Part shown: positions 21,949-30,295 of the stretch, piece by piece
Numbering within the stretch: position 1 is the first letter of the stretch
Layout: every line of letters starts with the position of its first letter
NCBI GenBank assembly: GCA_016700375.1
Contig: CP065016.1
Coordinates: 210,001-242,000 of the forward strand
DNA length: 32,000 nt
Direction of reading: 5' to 3'
Source: Candidatus Saccharimonadota bacterium
GTDB lineage: Bacteria; Patescibacteriota; Saccharimonadia; Saccharimonadales; UBA4665
Position numbers and translations under genes: made by a program
The notes under the pieces: generated by a model
Databases searched by the model: none
What the model was told of the DNA's origin: nothing
Seen by the model: only the letters and a program-made list of their open reading frames with translations

Positions 21949-23444
21949 GCCCAACTACCATAAATGACATTGTCCGCGAAGTCCTTACCTCGCGCGTGTA
22001 CGATGTGGCCCGTAAAACGCCACTTGAAAAAGCAGCAAAACTTAGCGCCAAGCTAAATACTAACGTTTACCTCAAGCGTGAAGATATGCAGCCAGTACAC
22101 AGCTTTAAACTGCGTGGTGCATACAACAAAATGTGCCGATTGACCGATGCCGAGAAAAAGCACGGCGTCATTGCCGCCAGCGCAGGCAATCATGCCCAAG
22201 GTGTTGCCTTAGCAGCGAAGAAACTGGGGCTATCTGCGCTCATCGTCATGCCCAGAACAACACCAAGCATAAAGGTCGAGGCAGTGAAGCACTACGGTGC
22301 AGAAGTGATGCTGACAGGAGATAATTATACTGAAGCCGCCGAAGTCTGCGCGGCACTCTCTAGAAAGACAAAGCGGACGTTTATCCACCCATTCGACGAC
22401 CTGCTCGTCATAGCCGGACAGGGCACCATAGGCCAAGAAATCATCGAACAGCTACCAGATGTCACGCATATTTTTGTGCCCGTGGGGGGCGGAGGACTGA
22501 TAGCCGGTATTGCTCACTACGTGAAAGCTGTTCGCCCAGATGTACAAATAGTAGGAATAGAACCAGTCGATAGTGCCGCCATGACGAAAAGTTTGGCAAG
22601 AGGCGAGCGCGTAGTCCTCAAACACGTCGGTATATTCGCCGATGGTGTTGCCGTGAAGCAAGTCGGGGAGCACACATTTGCCGCAGCGCAGCGGCTAGTG
22701 GACGACTGCATAACCGTTAGTACAGACCAAATCTGTGCGGCCATAAACGATGCGTTTGACGCAACGCGCACCATTCTGGAACCGTCTGGGGCACTCGCGC
22801 TTGCAGGTATAAAAAAGTATGACCTCCCCAAAGACGCACACGCTGTAGCAATTTGCAGCGGTGCAAACGTAAGTTTTGAGCGGTTACAGCAAATTGCCGA
22901 ACGCATGCTCATTGGCTCTGGACGTGAAGCCCTGGTAGCAGTGACATTGCCTGAACGCCCTGGCGCATTTCTAGAGTTTTGTGACCGAATCGTTGGCAAG
23001 CGCAGCATTACGGAATTTTCTTACCGGTTTCGTTCGCGCGCTGTTGCCCATGTGCTTGCCGGTATATCGGTAAAAGACGCCAGCGACAAGGCTGAACTGC
23101 TCGCGCTCATGTCAAAGCACGGCTTCGACCACGTAGACTTATCCGATGACGACATCGCCAAAGAACACGTACGACATATGATAGGCGGCCCCGGTCCCGC
23201 AAAAGAACTGCGCTACCACGTAGAGTTTCCGGAACGACCCGGGGCGCTCGGTGAGTTTTTGCACACTGTGGGTACGAAATGGAACGTATCACTCTTTCAC
23301 TACCGTTCGAGCGCAAGTGACATTGGCCGCGTACTTATCGGCTTTGAAGCAACCGACCGAAGTGAGCTCGAAGCAAAACTTGCTGCGACCGGCTTTACCT
23401 TTTCGCGGGCTAACGCCAACCCTGCGCTCACCATTTTTGGATAA
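21945..23444 (+). CDS. ilvA: biosynthetic-type threonine ammonia-lyase (threonine dehydratase) with a tandem C-terminal regulatory domain
   Basis: HSFKLRGAYNKM (PLP lysine), SAGNHAQGVA, GGGGLIAG. ~160 aa of C-terminal regulatory repeats. The GTG start overlaps the ridA stop. Confidence 0.93.
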   Translation: MSPTTINDIVREVLTSRVYDVARKTPLEKAAKLSAKLNTNVYLKREDMQPVHSFKLRGAYNKMCRLTDAEKKHGVIAASAGNHAQGVALAAKKLGLSALIVMPRTTPSIKVEAVKHYGAEVMLTGDNYTEAAEVCAALSRKTKRTFIHPFDDLLVIAGQGTIGQEIIEQLPDVTHIFVPVGGGGLIAGIAHYVKAVRPDVQIVGIEPVDSAAMTKSLARGERVVLKHVGIFADGVAVKQVGEHTFAAAQRLVDDCITVSTDQICAAINDAFDATRTILEPSGALALAGIKKYDLPKDAHAVAICSGANVSFERLQQIAERMLIGSGREALVAVTLPERPGAFLEFCDRIVGKRSITEFSYRFRSRAVAHVLAGISVKDASDKAELLALMSKHGFDHVDLSDDDIAKEHVRHMIGGPGPAKELRYHVEFPERPGALGEFLHTVGTKWNVSLFHYRSSASDIGRVLIGFEATDRSELEAKLAATGFTFSRANANPALTIFG

Positions 23445-23465
23445 ACTACAAGCTCCAAATAACAA

Positions 23466-23693
23466 ATAATACCTAAATTCTAAGCACGAATCTCGAAACA
23501 ATATCGAAATTTCAAATTCAAAATGGGTGGCACTGCCGGCTGAAACCTGGGATGCTTTTTTGTTTTGAATTTATTCTTCACGAATTTCGCACCAGCCAAG
23601 TGCGTGTTCTTTTGAATATTCGAATTTGTTTAGAATTTAGAATTTAGATATTAGGATTTGTTTGTCGTTTGTCATTTGGAATTTCGAGTTTGG
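23466..23693. repeat. low-complexity inverted-repeat region (AAATTC words on the left, GAATTT words on the right)
   Basis: The left side has CGAAATTTCAAATTCAAAAT. The right side has GTTTTGAATTT..CGAATTTCG and TTTTGAATATTCGAATTTGTTTAGAATTTAGAATTTAG. There is no ORF inside. Confidence 0.55.
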
Positions 23694-23759
23694 TATGGTA
23701 ACAAATGTGTGACACCGCGTATACTGGTGTGGTAGCACGTTATGAGGGAGACTAGTGCA

Positions 23760-24950
23760 ATGCGTGGACTTATTATCGATACAGCAAATCAAACATGGGA
23801 TGAATCTCGCGGCTTTAGCCTGGCCGAACTTGAACGGCCAACGCTCAACGAAGCAGCCGACCCTGACGACGCCAGCTCCGTCATTGTCCGGGTGAAATAC
23901 GCTGGCGTATGTGGCAGTGACCGCGGCCTCTGGTACCGCAATGCCTTTAAGGACCAGTTCTTAAAGGCGCTTGACAGGGATAGTATAAAAAGCCGTGTGG
24001 TCGGGCATGAATTTGTGGGCGAAGTGGTAGAAGCCGGCTCAAAGGTGAATTCACTTTACTGGGACCCAGACCCCAAAAACGTTGCCAAGATAGAGATTGG
24101 TAGCCTCGTTTCGGGTGACAGCCACGTCACGTGCGGTCGTTGCTATCAGTGCCGAATTGGTCAGGCAAATGTGTGTATGAACGAAGCAATCTTGGGTATA
24201 ACTATAGACGGAATTTTTGCCGAATACGTAAAGCTACCCGCCAAAAACCTCTGGGCCATAGACAAAAACCGCATTCGCCCCGAAGTTGCTGCCATTATGG
24301 ACCCCTTTGGTAACGCTATTCACGCCCTCACAAAAGTTGATGTGCGCGGACAGCGTGTTGCTATATTTGGCGCGGGACCAATCGGACTCTTTAGCATACT
24401 AATAGCCCAAAAATTTGGTGCCGCCAAAGTCATTGCAGTCGATGTCAGCGACGCAAACCTCGAGCTTGCAAAACAGTGCGGCGCCGACGAAACCATTCTC
24501 ATCGAGAAATCTGAAAAAACAAACGCTTGGGAACATGACGCCAGCGTTGTTGAGCGAATTCGAGAACTCACCTACGGAAAAGGTGTTGACGTAAGCATGG
24601 AAATGGCTGGTCCTGCCAGCAGCGTCAATAACGCCATTGATAGCACTCGCCGCGGCGGCCACGTTGTACTGTTCGGCGTGAAAGACGGCGACCTTGTAAT
24701 ACCGCAGTTCCCACGGCTGATTGTTGCTGGGCTGACGCTACACTGCATCATCGGACGGGAAATCTTCAACACCTGGCAACTGTCGCAGCGCGTTCTCGCA
24801 CAGACCAGCAATGGCGTACAGGACAAGGTGTGGAATGTCATTCTTAAGGGCGGGCAAGACACCATGCTAAACCTGAGTGAATTTGACCCCGCGGTCTTCG
24901 AACAAAAAATGAACGAACACCCGAAACTCATCTTTAATATGGAGGCATAA
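23760..24950 (+). CDS. tdh: L-threonine 3-dehydrogenase (Zn-dependent MDR family)
   Basis: GVCGSDRG, VGHEFVGEVVEAG, GDSHVTCGRCYQCRIGQANVC, and AAIMDPFGNAIHAL (compare E. coli Tdh AAIFDPFGNAVHTAL). Adjacent to kbl. GAGGGAG precedes ATG 23760; the ORF track starts 18 nt earlier. Confidence 0.85.
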   Translation: MRGLIIDTANQTWDESRGFSLAELERPTLNEAADPDDASSVIVRVKYAGVCGSDRGLWYRNAFKDQFLKALDRDSIKSRVVGHEFVGEVVEAGSKVNSLYWDPDPKNVAKIEIGSLVSGDSHVTCGRCYQCRIGQANVCMNEAILGITIDGIFAEYVKLPAKNLWAIDKNRIRPEVAAIMDPFGNAIHALTKVDVRGQRVAIFGAGPIGLFSILIAQKFGAAKVIAVDVSDANLELAKQCGADETILIEKSEKTNAWEHDASVVERIRELTYGKGVDVSMEMAGPASSVNNAIDSTRRGGHVVLFGVKDGDLVIPQFPRLIVAGLTLHCIIGREIFNTWQLSQRVLAQTSNGVQDKVWNVILKGGQDTMLNLSEFDPAVFEQKMNEHPKLIFNMEA

Positions 24951-24964
24951 TGAATAAATTACCC

Positions 24965-25072
24965 CGTCACCATTATCCTGTCACATTGCATTCACCTTTT
25001 ACCATTAGCGATGAAAGAACTAATCATTACAAGATAGTGAATAATGGTATGTGACACGTCACAGGATAAAGG
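24965..25072. repeat. long imperfect hairpin element (ATCCTGTCAC family) between tdh and kbl
   Basis: The left arm CCATTATCCTGTCACAT... is complementary to the right arm ...ATGTGACACGTCACAGGATAAAGG. Confidence 0.65.
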
Positions 25073-25094
25073 CTAATCAGAAAGGATTTTACTC

Positions 25095-26267
25095 ATGTAC
25101 ACGTCGCTCAAACCCATCCTCGACACCGAATTGCAAAGCATAAAAGACCAATCGCTCTGGAAAGAAGAGCGCGTTATTATGAGTCCGCAAGGCCGCGAAA
25201 TCACGGTTGACGGCAAAAAGCTGCTGAACTTCTGCGCAAACAACTACCTTGGCTTTTCCGGAACAGATGGCGTGCGAGAAGCGTCTGACGCCGCCCTGGC
25301 GCGCTGGGGGTTTGGCCAAGCCAGCGTCCGCTTCATTTGCGGTACTCAGGGTATACACAAGGAACTCGAAGCCGCCACGGCCGAGTTTGTCCGCATGGAT
25401 GATGCTATCCTCTACTCATCGTGCTTTATGGCAAATGTGGGGCTCTTCCAAACCTTTTTCGGCCCCGAAGACGCTATCATTAGCGACGAGCTCAACCACG
25501 CCAGTATCATTGACGCCGTACGGCTCACCAAGTCCGAGCGCCTCATTTATACCCACATGGACATGGCCGACCTTGAGGCCAAGCTCCAGAGTGTCAAAGA
25601 CAAACGCCTCAAAGTTATCGCTACCGACGGCGTGTTTTCTATGGACGGTCACATTGCTCCGCTGAAGGACATTTGCGACCTAGCAGACAAGTACAGCGCC
25701 CTTGTTATGGTGGACGACGCGCATGCCACCGGAGTTTTAGGTGCAACCGGCCGGGGCACGCCAGAGTTCACCGGTACCGAAGGGCGCATAGACTTCCTGA
25801 CCGGCACCTACGGCAAGGCGCTCGGCGGCGCTGGCGGTGCTTTCATTGCCAGTCACCAAGAGGTTGTTGACTACCTTCGCCAACGCTCTCGCACCTACCT
25901 CTTTAGTAATGCCATGGAAGTCGGCACTTGCGGCGCCTCGCTGTACACCCTTGATTACATTCAAAAGCACCCTGAGCTTGTCAAAAAACTGAAAGACAAT
26001 ACGGCGCTGTTCCGGACCCTTATGAGCGAGGCGGGCTTCAACGTGGCTGGCGGCGAACACCCCATTACGCCTATTATGTTTGCCGAGGAAAAAGACGCCG
26101 TAGAAACCGCACGCAAGCTCTTCGAAGAAGGCATTTACGTGGTGGGCTTTAGCTTCCCGGTTGTACCAAAGGGCAAAGCTCGCATTCGCGTGCAGATTAG
26201 CGCTGCTCACACCGAAGACGACATTCGCCTGCTCGTTGAGAAGTTTGTCAAAGTAACAAAGAAGTAG
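25095..26267 (+). CDS. kbl: glycine C-acetyltransferase (2-amino-3-ketobutyrate CoA ligase)
   Basis: ANNYLGFSG, DELNHASIIDA, VDDAHATGVLG, GTYGKALGG. A class-II aminotransferase adjacent to tdh. Confidence 0.92.
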   Translation: MYTSLKPILDTELQSIKDQSLWKEERVIMSPQGREITVDGKKLLNFCANNYLGFSGTDGVREASDAALARWGFGQASVRFICGTQGIHKELEAATAEFVRMDDAILYSSCFMANVGLFQTFFGPEDAIISDELNHASIIDAVRLTKSERLIYTHMDMADLEAKLQSVKDKRLKVIATDGVFSMDGHIAPLKDICDLADKYSALVMVDDAHATGVLGATGRGTPEFTGTEGRIDFLTGTYGKALGGAGGAFIASHQEVVDYLRQRSRTYLFSNAMEVGTCGASLYTLDYIQKHPELVKKLKDNTALFRTLMSEAGFNVAGGEHPITPIMFAEEKDAVETARKLFEEGIYVVGFSFPVVPKGKARIRVQISAAHTEDDIRLLVEKFVKVTKK

Positions 26268-26269
26268 CC

Positions 26270-27568
26270 ATGAGTAGAGAACTATTTGGCACCGATGGCG
26301 TCCGTGGCCTCGCAAACGAGTATCCGCTCGACGATGCCGGCTCGCAAGCAATCGGCCGCGCCGTAGGCACCTATTTTGCCAAAGCCGGGCAGCAGATTGT
26401 CATCGCCTGTGACACACGCGAATCGTCTGAGCGAATCGTAAGGCAGGTTGCCAAAGGGCTTCAGGGAGTTGGCGTACGAGTGGTGTTTATGGGCGTGCTA
26501 CCAACCCCAGGTCTCGCCTATATCACCGCGCAGCACGACAATTTTGTCGCTGGCGTGATGATTACCGCTAGTCATAATCCGTACGAGTTTAATGGTGTTA
26601 AAGTATTTGGACCGGACGGAGGGAAGCTCCCAGACGATACCGAAGAGAAGGTCAGCCACGACATAGCACATGGCGTCCCCGACCGCAGTGGCGGGAGTTA
26701 TGAGACGAGGCCAGAGCTTGTCCAGGAGTACGAAGATTTTCTAGTGGCATCGGCAGGAGGCGCGTCGTTTTCAGATATGCATCTGGTGGTCGACGCGGCG
26801 CACGGTGCCGCCTTCCGCGTAGCCGCGCGGGTATTTGAACGACTTGGCGCACGCGTCACCCCGCTCGCAGTTTCACCTGACGGACGGAATATCAATGCCG
26901 CCTCTGGTGCCACTGACCCCAGCGCTGCGCAACAACTGGTGGTTTCCGGCCAGGCCGACCTCGGCATTGCACTCGACGGTGATGCCGACCGACTAATTCT
27001 GATAGACCACCTTGGCCGAGTATTTGACGGTGACCATATTTTGTACTTGCTTGCGGTTGGCCTTGAAAAAACCACGGTAGTTGCGACGGTCATGTCAAAC
27101 CTTGGCACCGAACAAGCGCTGGCAGCCCATAGCATAGCCATGGTACGAACGGCGGTTGGCGATAGATACGTACTAGAATATATGGTCGAACATGGCGACA
27201 CACTAGGGGGCGAACAATCCGGTCATATCATTATGACCGACCTCAGCACTACTGGCGACGGGCTGCTGGCAGCGGTGCAGGTTCTGTGTGTTCTCAAAAA
27301 CTCCGGCAAATCTCTCGCAGCTTGGAACGAAGAGGTGGAAACAGTGCCCCAAGCACTGGTAAATTTCCGCATAGAAGACAAAATGAGGTTAAACATCCAA
27401 GAGGTGCAAGACTACATCCGGGTGAAATCAGCCGAACTCGGCAGCGCCGGTCGCATCCTCGTCCGTCCCAGCGGCACTGAACCACTCGCTCGCGTCATGG
27501 TAGAAGCGCCAAATGCCAACGACCTTGCTCAAGAAATGGCAACCCACATAGCGGAGCTCGTCCAGTGA
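26270..27568 (+). CDS. glmM: phosphoglucosamine mutase
   Basis: LFGTDGVRGLANEYPL, ITASHNPYEFNGVKVF (phosphoserine loop), LDGDADRL, GGEQSGH. Confidence 0.95.
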   Translation: MSRELFGTDGVRGLANEYPLDDAGSQAIGRAVGTYFAKAGQQIVIACDTRESSERIVRQVAKGLQGVGVRVVFMGVLPTPGLAYITAQHDNFVAGVMITASHNPYEFNGVKVFGPDGGKLPDDTEEKVSHDIAHGVPDRSGGSYETRPELVQEYEDFLVASAGGASFSDMHLVVDAAHGAAFRVAARVFERLGARVTPLAVSPDGRNINAASGATDPSAAQQLVVSGQADLGIALDGDADRLILIDHLGRVFDGDHILYLLAVGLEKTTVVATVMSNLGTEQALAAHSIAMVRTAVGDRYVLEYMVEHGDTLGGEQSGHIIMTDLSTTGDGLLAAVQVLCVLKNSGKSLAAWNEEVETVPQALVNFRIEDKMRLNIQEVQDYIRVKSAELGSAGRILVRPSGTEPLARVMVEAPNANDLAQEMATHIAELVQ

Positions 27569-28170
27569 AACCATTCCCAACCCAACTTGCAACGACTCCT
27601 GTTGCTCTCGGCCCAAACGATACAGAAGGGTCAACAGCGGCAGCTCTCCAAACCCTGGCCGAAAAAGGTTTTTACGTCCAACTTGGCATAACAGCCGCAG
27701 ACGTGACTGCCTTGCAGGCGCTTTCTCACCAAACATCAATTCTGAAATACTGCCCGCGCGATTGCACCGAGCGCTTCAAAGATGAACCAACCGTACGTCA
27801 CTGGCTGCTGAAGGAACGGCTGGTGTTTCTACTGAAAGAAAAGTCTACCGAACGGCTCGCAGGCGTTGCTTGGACCGGCCCTGGCACATCACCGCATGTA
27901 CCTGACGGTAAACTCACCGGCGGCTTACGGCTCAGTGAAACGTTTCAGGGGCTAGGGCTAGCGACACCATTTCTTAAGGTAGTGCTTGAGCACACAAAAA
28001 ACGAGTATTCTCGTGAGCTCCTCTGGTTTGAGTGCTGGGCGAGTAATGCTGGTGCAGTTCACGTCTACCAAAAACTCGGCTTTAACATAGTCGAAACAGA
28101 GTCGGCAAGCCGCCCAACCCCTACAGGAGCTAGCGAACCCGATACACGTACCTATATGGTGCTTGCATAA
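27565..28170 (+). CDS. GNAT-family N-acetyltransferase
   Basis: LSETFQGLGLATPFLKVVLEH (acetyl-CoA loop) and AGAVHVYQKLGFNIVE. The GTG start overlaps the glmM stop. Confidence 0.7.
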   Translation: MKPFPTQLATTPVALGPNDTEGSTAAALQTLAEKGFYVQLGITAADVTALQALSHQTSILKYCPRDCTERFKDEPTVRHWLLKERLVFLLKEKSTERLAGVAWTGPGTSPHVPDGKLTGGLRLSETFQGLGLATPFLKVVLEHTKNEYSRELLWFECWASNAGAVHVYQKLGFNIVETESASRPTPTGASEPDTRTYMVLA

Positions 28171-28192
28171 TTTGAAATTGACATGGTATAAT
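28163..28192 (+). promoter_or_regulatory. candidate rplJ promoter with an extended -10
   Basis: TTGCAT (28163-28168), 18 nt spacer, then TGgTATAAT (28184-28192). Confidence 0.45.
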
Positions 28193-28469
28193 TACCTCTG
28201 TTACCAAAGACAGTGACTGCTCAGGAACAAATGGGCTTAATTTGTCACCGAGGCGACGAAATCATTTTATTTCGTTCATAAACGCTTTTGGTATACAAGA
28301 GCGTTTTCTTTATGTAACAAGAACATCAACCTGGTCGATGTTGAAGTTCTCCCTATAAAAACTAATGCTCAACCCGGGTAAGGGAAAAGAGCAGCCAGAG
28401 CGAAAACCGTGCTTTTCGCCCTGCGCGATGAGAAAAACCGTGAGGTTTGTCTCTATTACCAGGAAATGA
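28193..28469 (+). promoter_or_regulatory. long structured rplJ leader (candidate L10/L12 autoregulatory leader)
   Basis: ~275 nt with several hairpins: ACGAAAT-CATTTT-ATTTCGT, AAACGCT...AGCGTTT, and GCGAAAA-CCGTGC-TTTTCGC. GAAAACCGTG is repeated. No ORF is in sense. Confidence 0.45.
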
Positions 28470-28994
28470 ATGGCACTAAGTAAAACCCAAAAAGATGACG
28501 TGGTCGCAGAAGTTGCTGACCTACTGAAATCTGCCAAAATGACCGTGGTTGCCAAATACCAGGGCACAACCGTGAAGGCGCTCCAGCAGCTCCGCCGCGA
28601 TGCCCGTGGCAATGGCACCCGCGTAAAAGTGGTTAAAAACCGCCTCGTCATTAAGGCATTGCAGCAAAACGACTCACTGAAAGATGTCAGCACCAGCGAT
28701 TTACAAGGTATGCTGCTGTACGCTTTCAACAGTGAAGACGAAGTAGCTCCCGCCCAAGCACTGAAAGAATTTGCCAAAGCAAACCCTACCATAGAGTTTG
28801 TTGGCGCTTTTAGTGCAGACGGCACCTACATGGACGCCGCTCAGGTGAAAACCCTGGCAGACCTGCCAAGCAAGGAAACACTCATTGGCCAAGTGGTTGA
28901 AACACTGCTTTCACCGGTCAACGACGTTACCAATGCGCTTTCTGGCAACCTGCATGCACTACTGGACGGCGTACGCGACAAAGCAGCTGCTTAG
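28470..28994 (+). CDS. rplJ: 50S ribosomal protein L10
   Basis: MALSKTQKDDVVAEVADLLKSAKMTVVAKYQGTTVKALQQLRRDARGNGTRVKVVKNRL. Confidence 0.95.
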   Translation: MALSKTQKDDVVAEVADLLKSAKMTVVAKYQGTTVKALQQLRRDARGNGTRVKVVKNRLVIKALQQNDSLKDVSTSDLQGMLLYAFNSEDEVAPAQALKEFAKANPTIEFVGAFSADGTYMDAAQVKTLADLPSKETLIGQVVETLLSPVNDVTNALSGNLHALLDGVRDKAAA

Positions 28995-29008
28995 TCGCTT
29001 CATTAACA

Positions 29009-29120
29009 ATTATCCTGTCACCTGTCACAATGGATTACCGATTGGCGTGTAACGATTGAGCTTCAATGGCTACATGCTACAGGTTAATTCTACGTGACAT
29101 GTCACAGGTCACACGATAAT
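29009..29120. repeat. long hairpin element (ATCCTGTCAC family) between rplJ and rplL
   Basis: The left arm ATTATCCTGTCACCTGTCACA (29009-29029) pairs with the right arm TGTCACAGGTCACACGATAAT (29100-29120), 18 of 21 positions complementary. The right arm abuts the rplL SD AAGGAG. Confidence 0.7.
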
Positions 29121-29134
29121 CAAGGAGATAAATT

Positions 29135-29515
29135 ATGGCTGATGTAAAAAAACTCGCCGAAGAGCTCACCAAGCTCACTGTACTAGAAGTAAACGAACTA
29201 AAAAACATCTTGAAGGATGAATACGGCATTGAGCCCGCTGCTGCAGCTGTTGCTGTTGCTGCAGGTCCTGCCGCTGGCGGTGAAGCCGCTGCTGCCGACG
29301 AAAAGGCTGAATACGACGTGAACCTGAAGGATGCTGGTGCTCAGAAAGTTGCCGTCATCAAAGCTGTTAAGGAACTAACTGGTCTCGGCCTCGGCGAAGC
29401 AAAAGCTCTCGTAGACGGCGCACCAAAGGTTGTACTTGAGAAAGCTAAGAAAGAAGACGCTGAAGCTGCCAAAAAAGCCCTCGAAGAGGCTGGCGCTACT
29501 GTCGAACTTGTCTAG
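29135..29515 (+). CDS. rplL: 50S ribosomal protein L7/L12
   Basis: N-terminal dimerisation helix, an Ala-rich hinge [20 protein letters not shown], and a C-terminal [28 protein letters not shown]. Confidence 0.97.
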   Translation: MADVKKLAEELTKLTVLEVNELKNILKDEYGIEPAAAAVAVAAGPAAGGEAAAADEKAEYDVNLKDAGAQKVAVIKAVKELTGLGLGEAKALVDGAPKVVLEKAKKEDAEAAKKALEEAGATVELV

Positions 29516-29520
29516 TTGTA

Positions 29521-29548
29521 ATGAGAGAACTGCGAAACGTTCTCTCAT
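29521..29548 (+). terminator. hairpin directly after rplL (weak T tract)
   Basis: ATGAGAGAAC-TGCGAAAC-GTTCTCTCAT. Two more hairpins follow: 29554-29581 (CAGGTT..GAGC-AAAC-GCTC..AACCTG) and 29603-29633 (ATATATTCCCGGA-ATAAA-TCCGGGAATATAT). Confidence 0.45.
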
Positions 29549-29779
29549 CATTTCAGGTTTCGAGCAAACGCTCTCAACCTGGACAACTCTCTCCTAAAAG
29601 GTATATATTCCCGGAATAAATCCGGGAATATATTAATTACGATAAATTTATCCACAGGAACCCATAGATATTTGACGTGCGCTTTTGACTTGCTTTGCCC
29701 GGTGTGGTACGTTTAAGGTAAGGTATTATGAAACCGTGTTGAGTTAGAGGTGAAAAAAGGGAAATAGAAAGAAATAATT

Positions 29780-30289
29780 ATGGCCGACTTACCCGATAAA
29801 CAAATTAAGCGTCTCCGAACACTTATACAAGAAGCGGAAACAAATCTCGCTGCCGCAAACGAGCTGCTGATTAGCCTTGTAGGTGACGATGTGAAAGTAC
29901 AGGCCAAAGTAAGCGATGAAGTCCTTGGTAAGGTTATTGAAGGTGTTTTTGACGGCCAAAATATGGTCGGCAGTGACGGCAAAACCTATCCCGTGCCCGC
30001 AAACTATGCCAGTAAGTCAAAGCTGGTTCAGGGCGACATACTCAAACTTACCATAGCAGATGACGGCGCATTTCTATACAAACAAATCGGGCCAATCCCT
30101 CGTAAGCAAGTCGTTGGTCAGCTCAAGCTCGAAGGTGGCCACTACTTCGTGAGCGTCGGCACCAAAGACTACCGCGTATTACTTGCCAGCGTCACGTATT
30201 TCAAAGCCAAGCCCGGCGACCAGGTTTCTGTAAATGTTCCCGAAGAAGATGCCTCGGCCGAATGGGCCGCCCTAGAGGCAGCACTCTAA
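29780..30289 (+). CDS. hypothetical protein with an N-terminal helix and two similar beta-rich halves
   Basis: 169-aa ORF. The segments GVFDGQNMVGSDGKTYPVPANYASKSKLVQGDILKLTI and GQLKLEGGHYFVSVGTKDYRVLLASVTYFKAKPGDQVSVNV look like an internal duplication. Confidence 0.55.
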   Translation: MADLPDKQIKRLRTLIQEAETNLAAANELLISLVGDDVKVQAKVSDEVLGKVIEGVFDGQNMVGSDGKTYPVPANYASKSKLVQGDILKLTIADDGAFLYKQIGPIPRKQVVGQLKLEGGHYFVSVGTKDYRVLLASVTYFKAKPGDQVSVNVPEEDASAEWAALEAAL

Positions 30290-30295
30290 AGACTC

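Noticed and set aside
22517-27201. Long - strand ORFs inside ilvA, tdh, kbl and glmM (for example 22517-23008, 24572-24931, 25737-26351, 26698-27201)
   Set aside because: They are antisense shadows of well-supported + strand genes in GC-richer DNA.
28310-28825. 171-aa ORF on the - strand
   Set aside because: It lies antisense to the clearly identified rplJ (L10) gene and its leader. Its composition is low-complexity, Ser/Ala/Thr-rich, as is typical of antisense frames of GC-rich genes.
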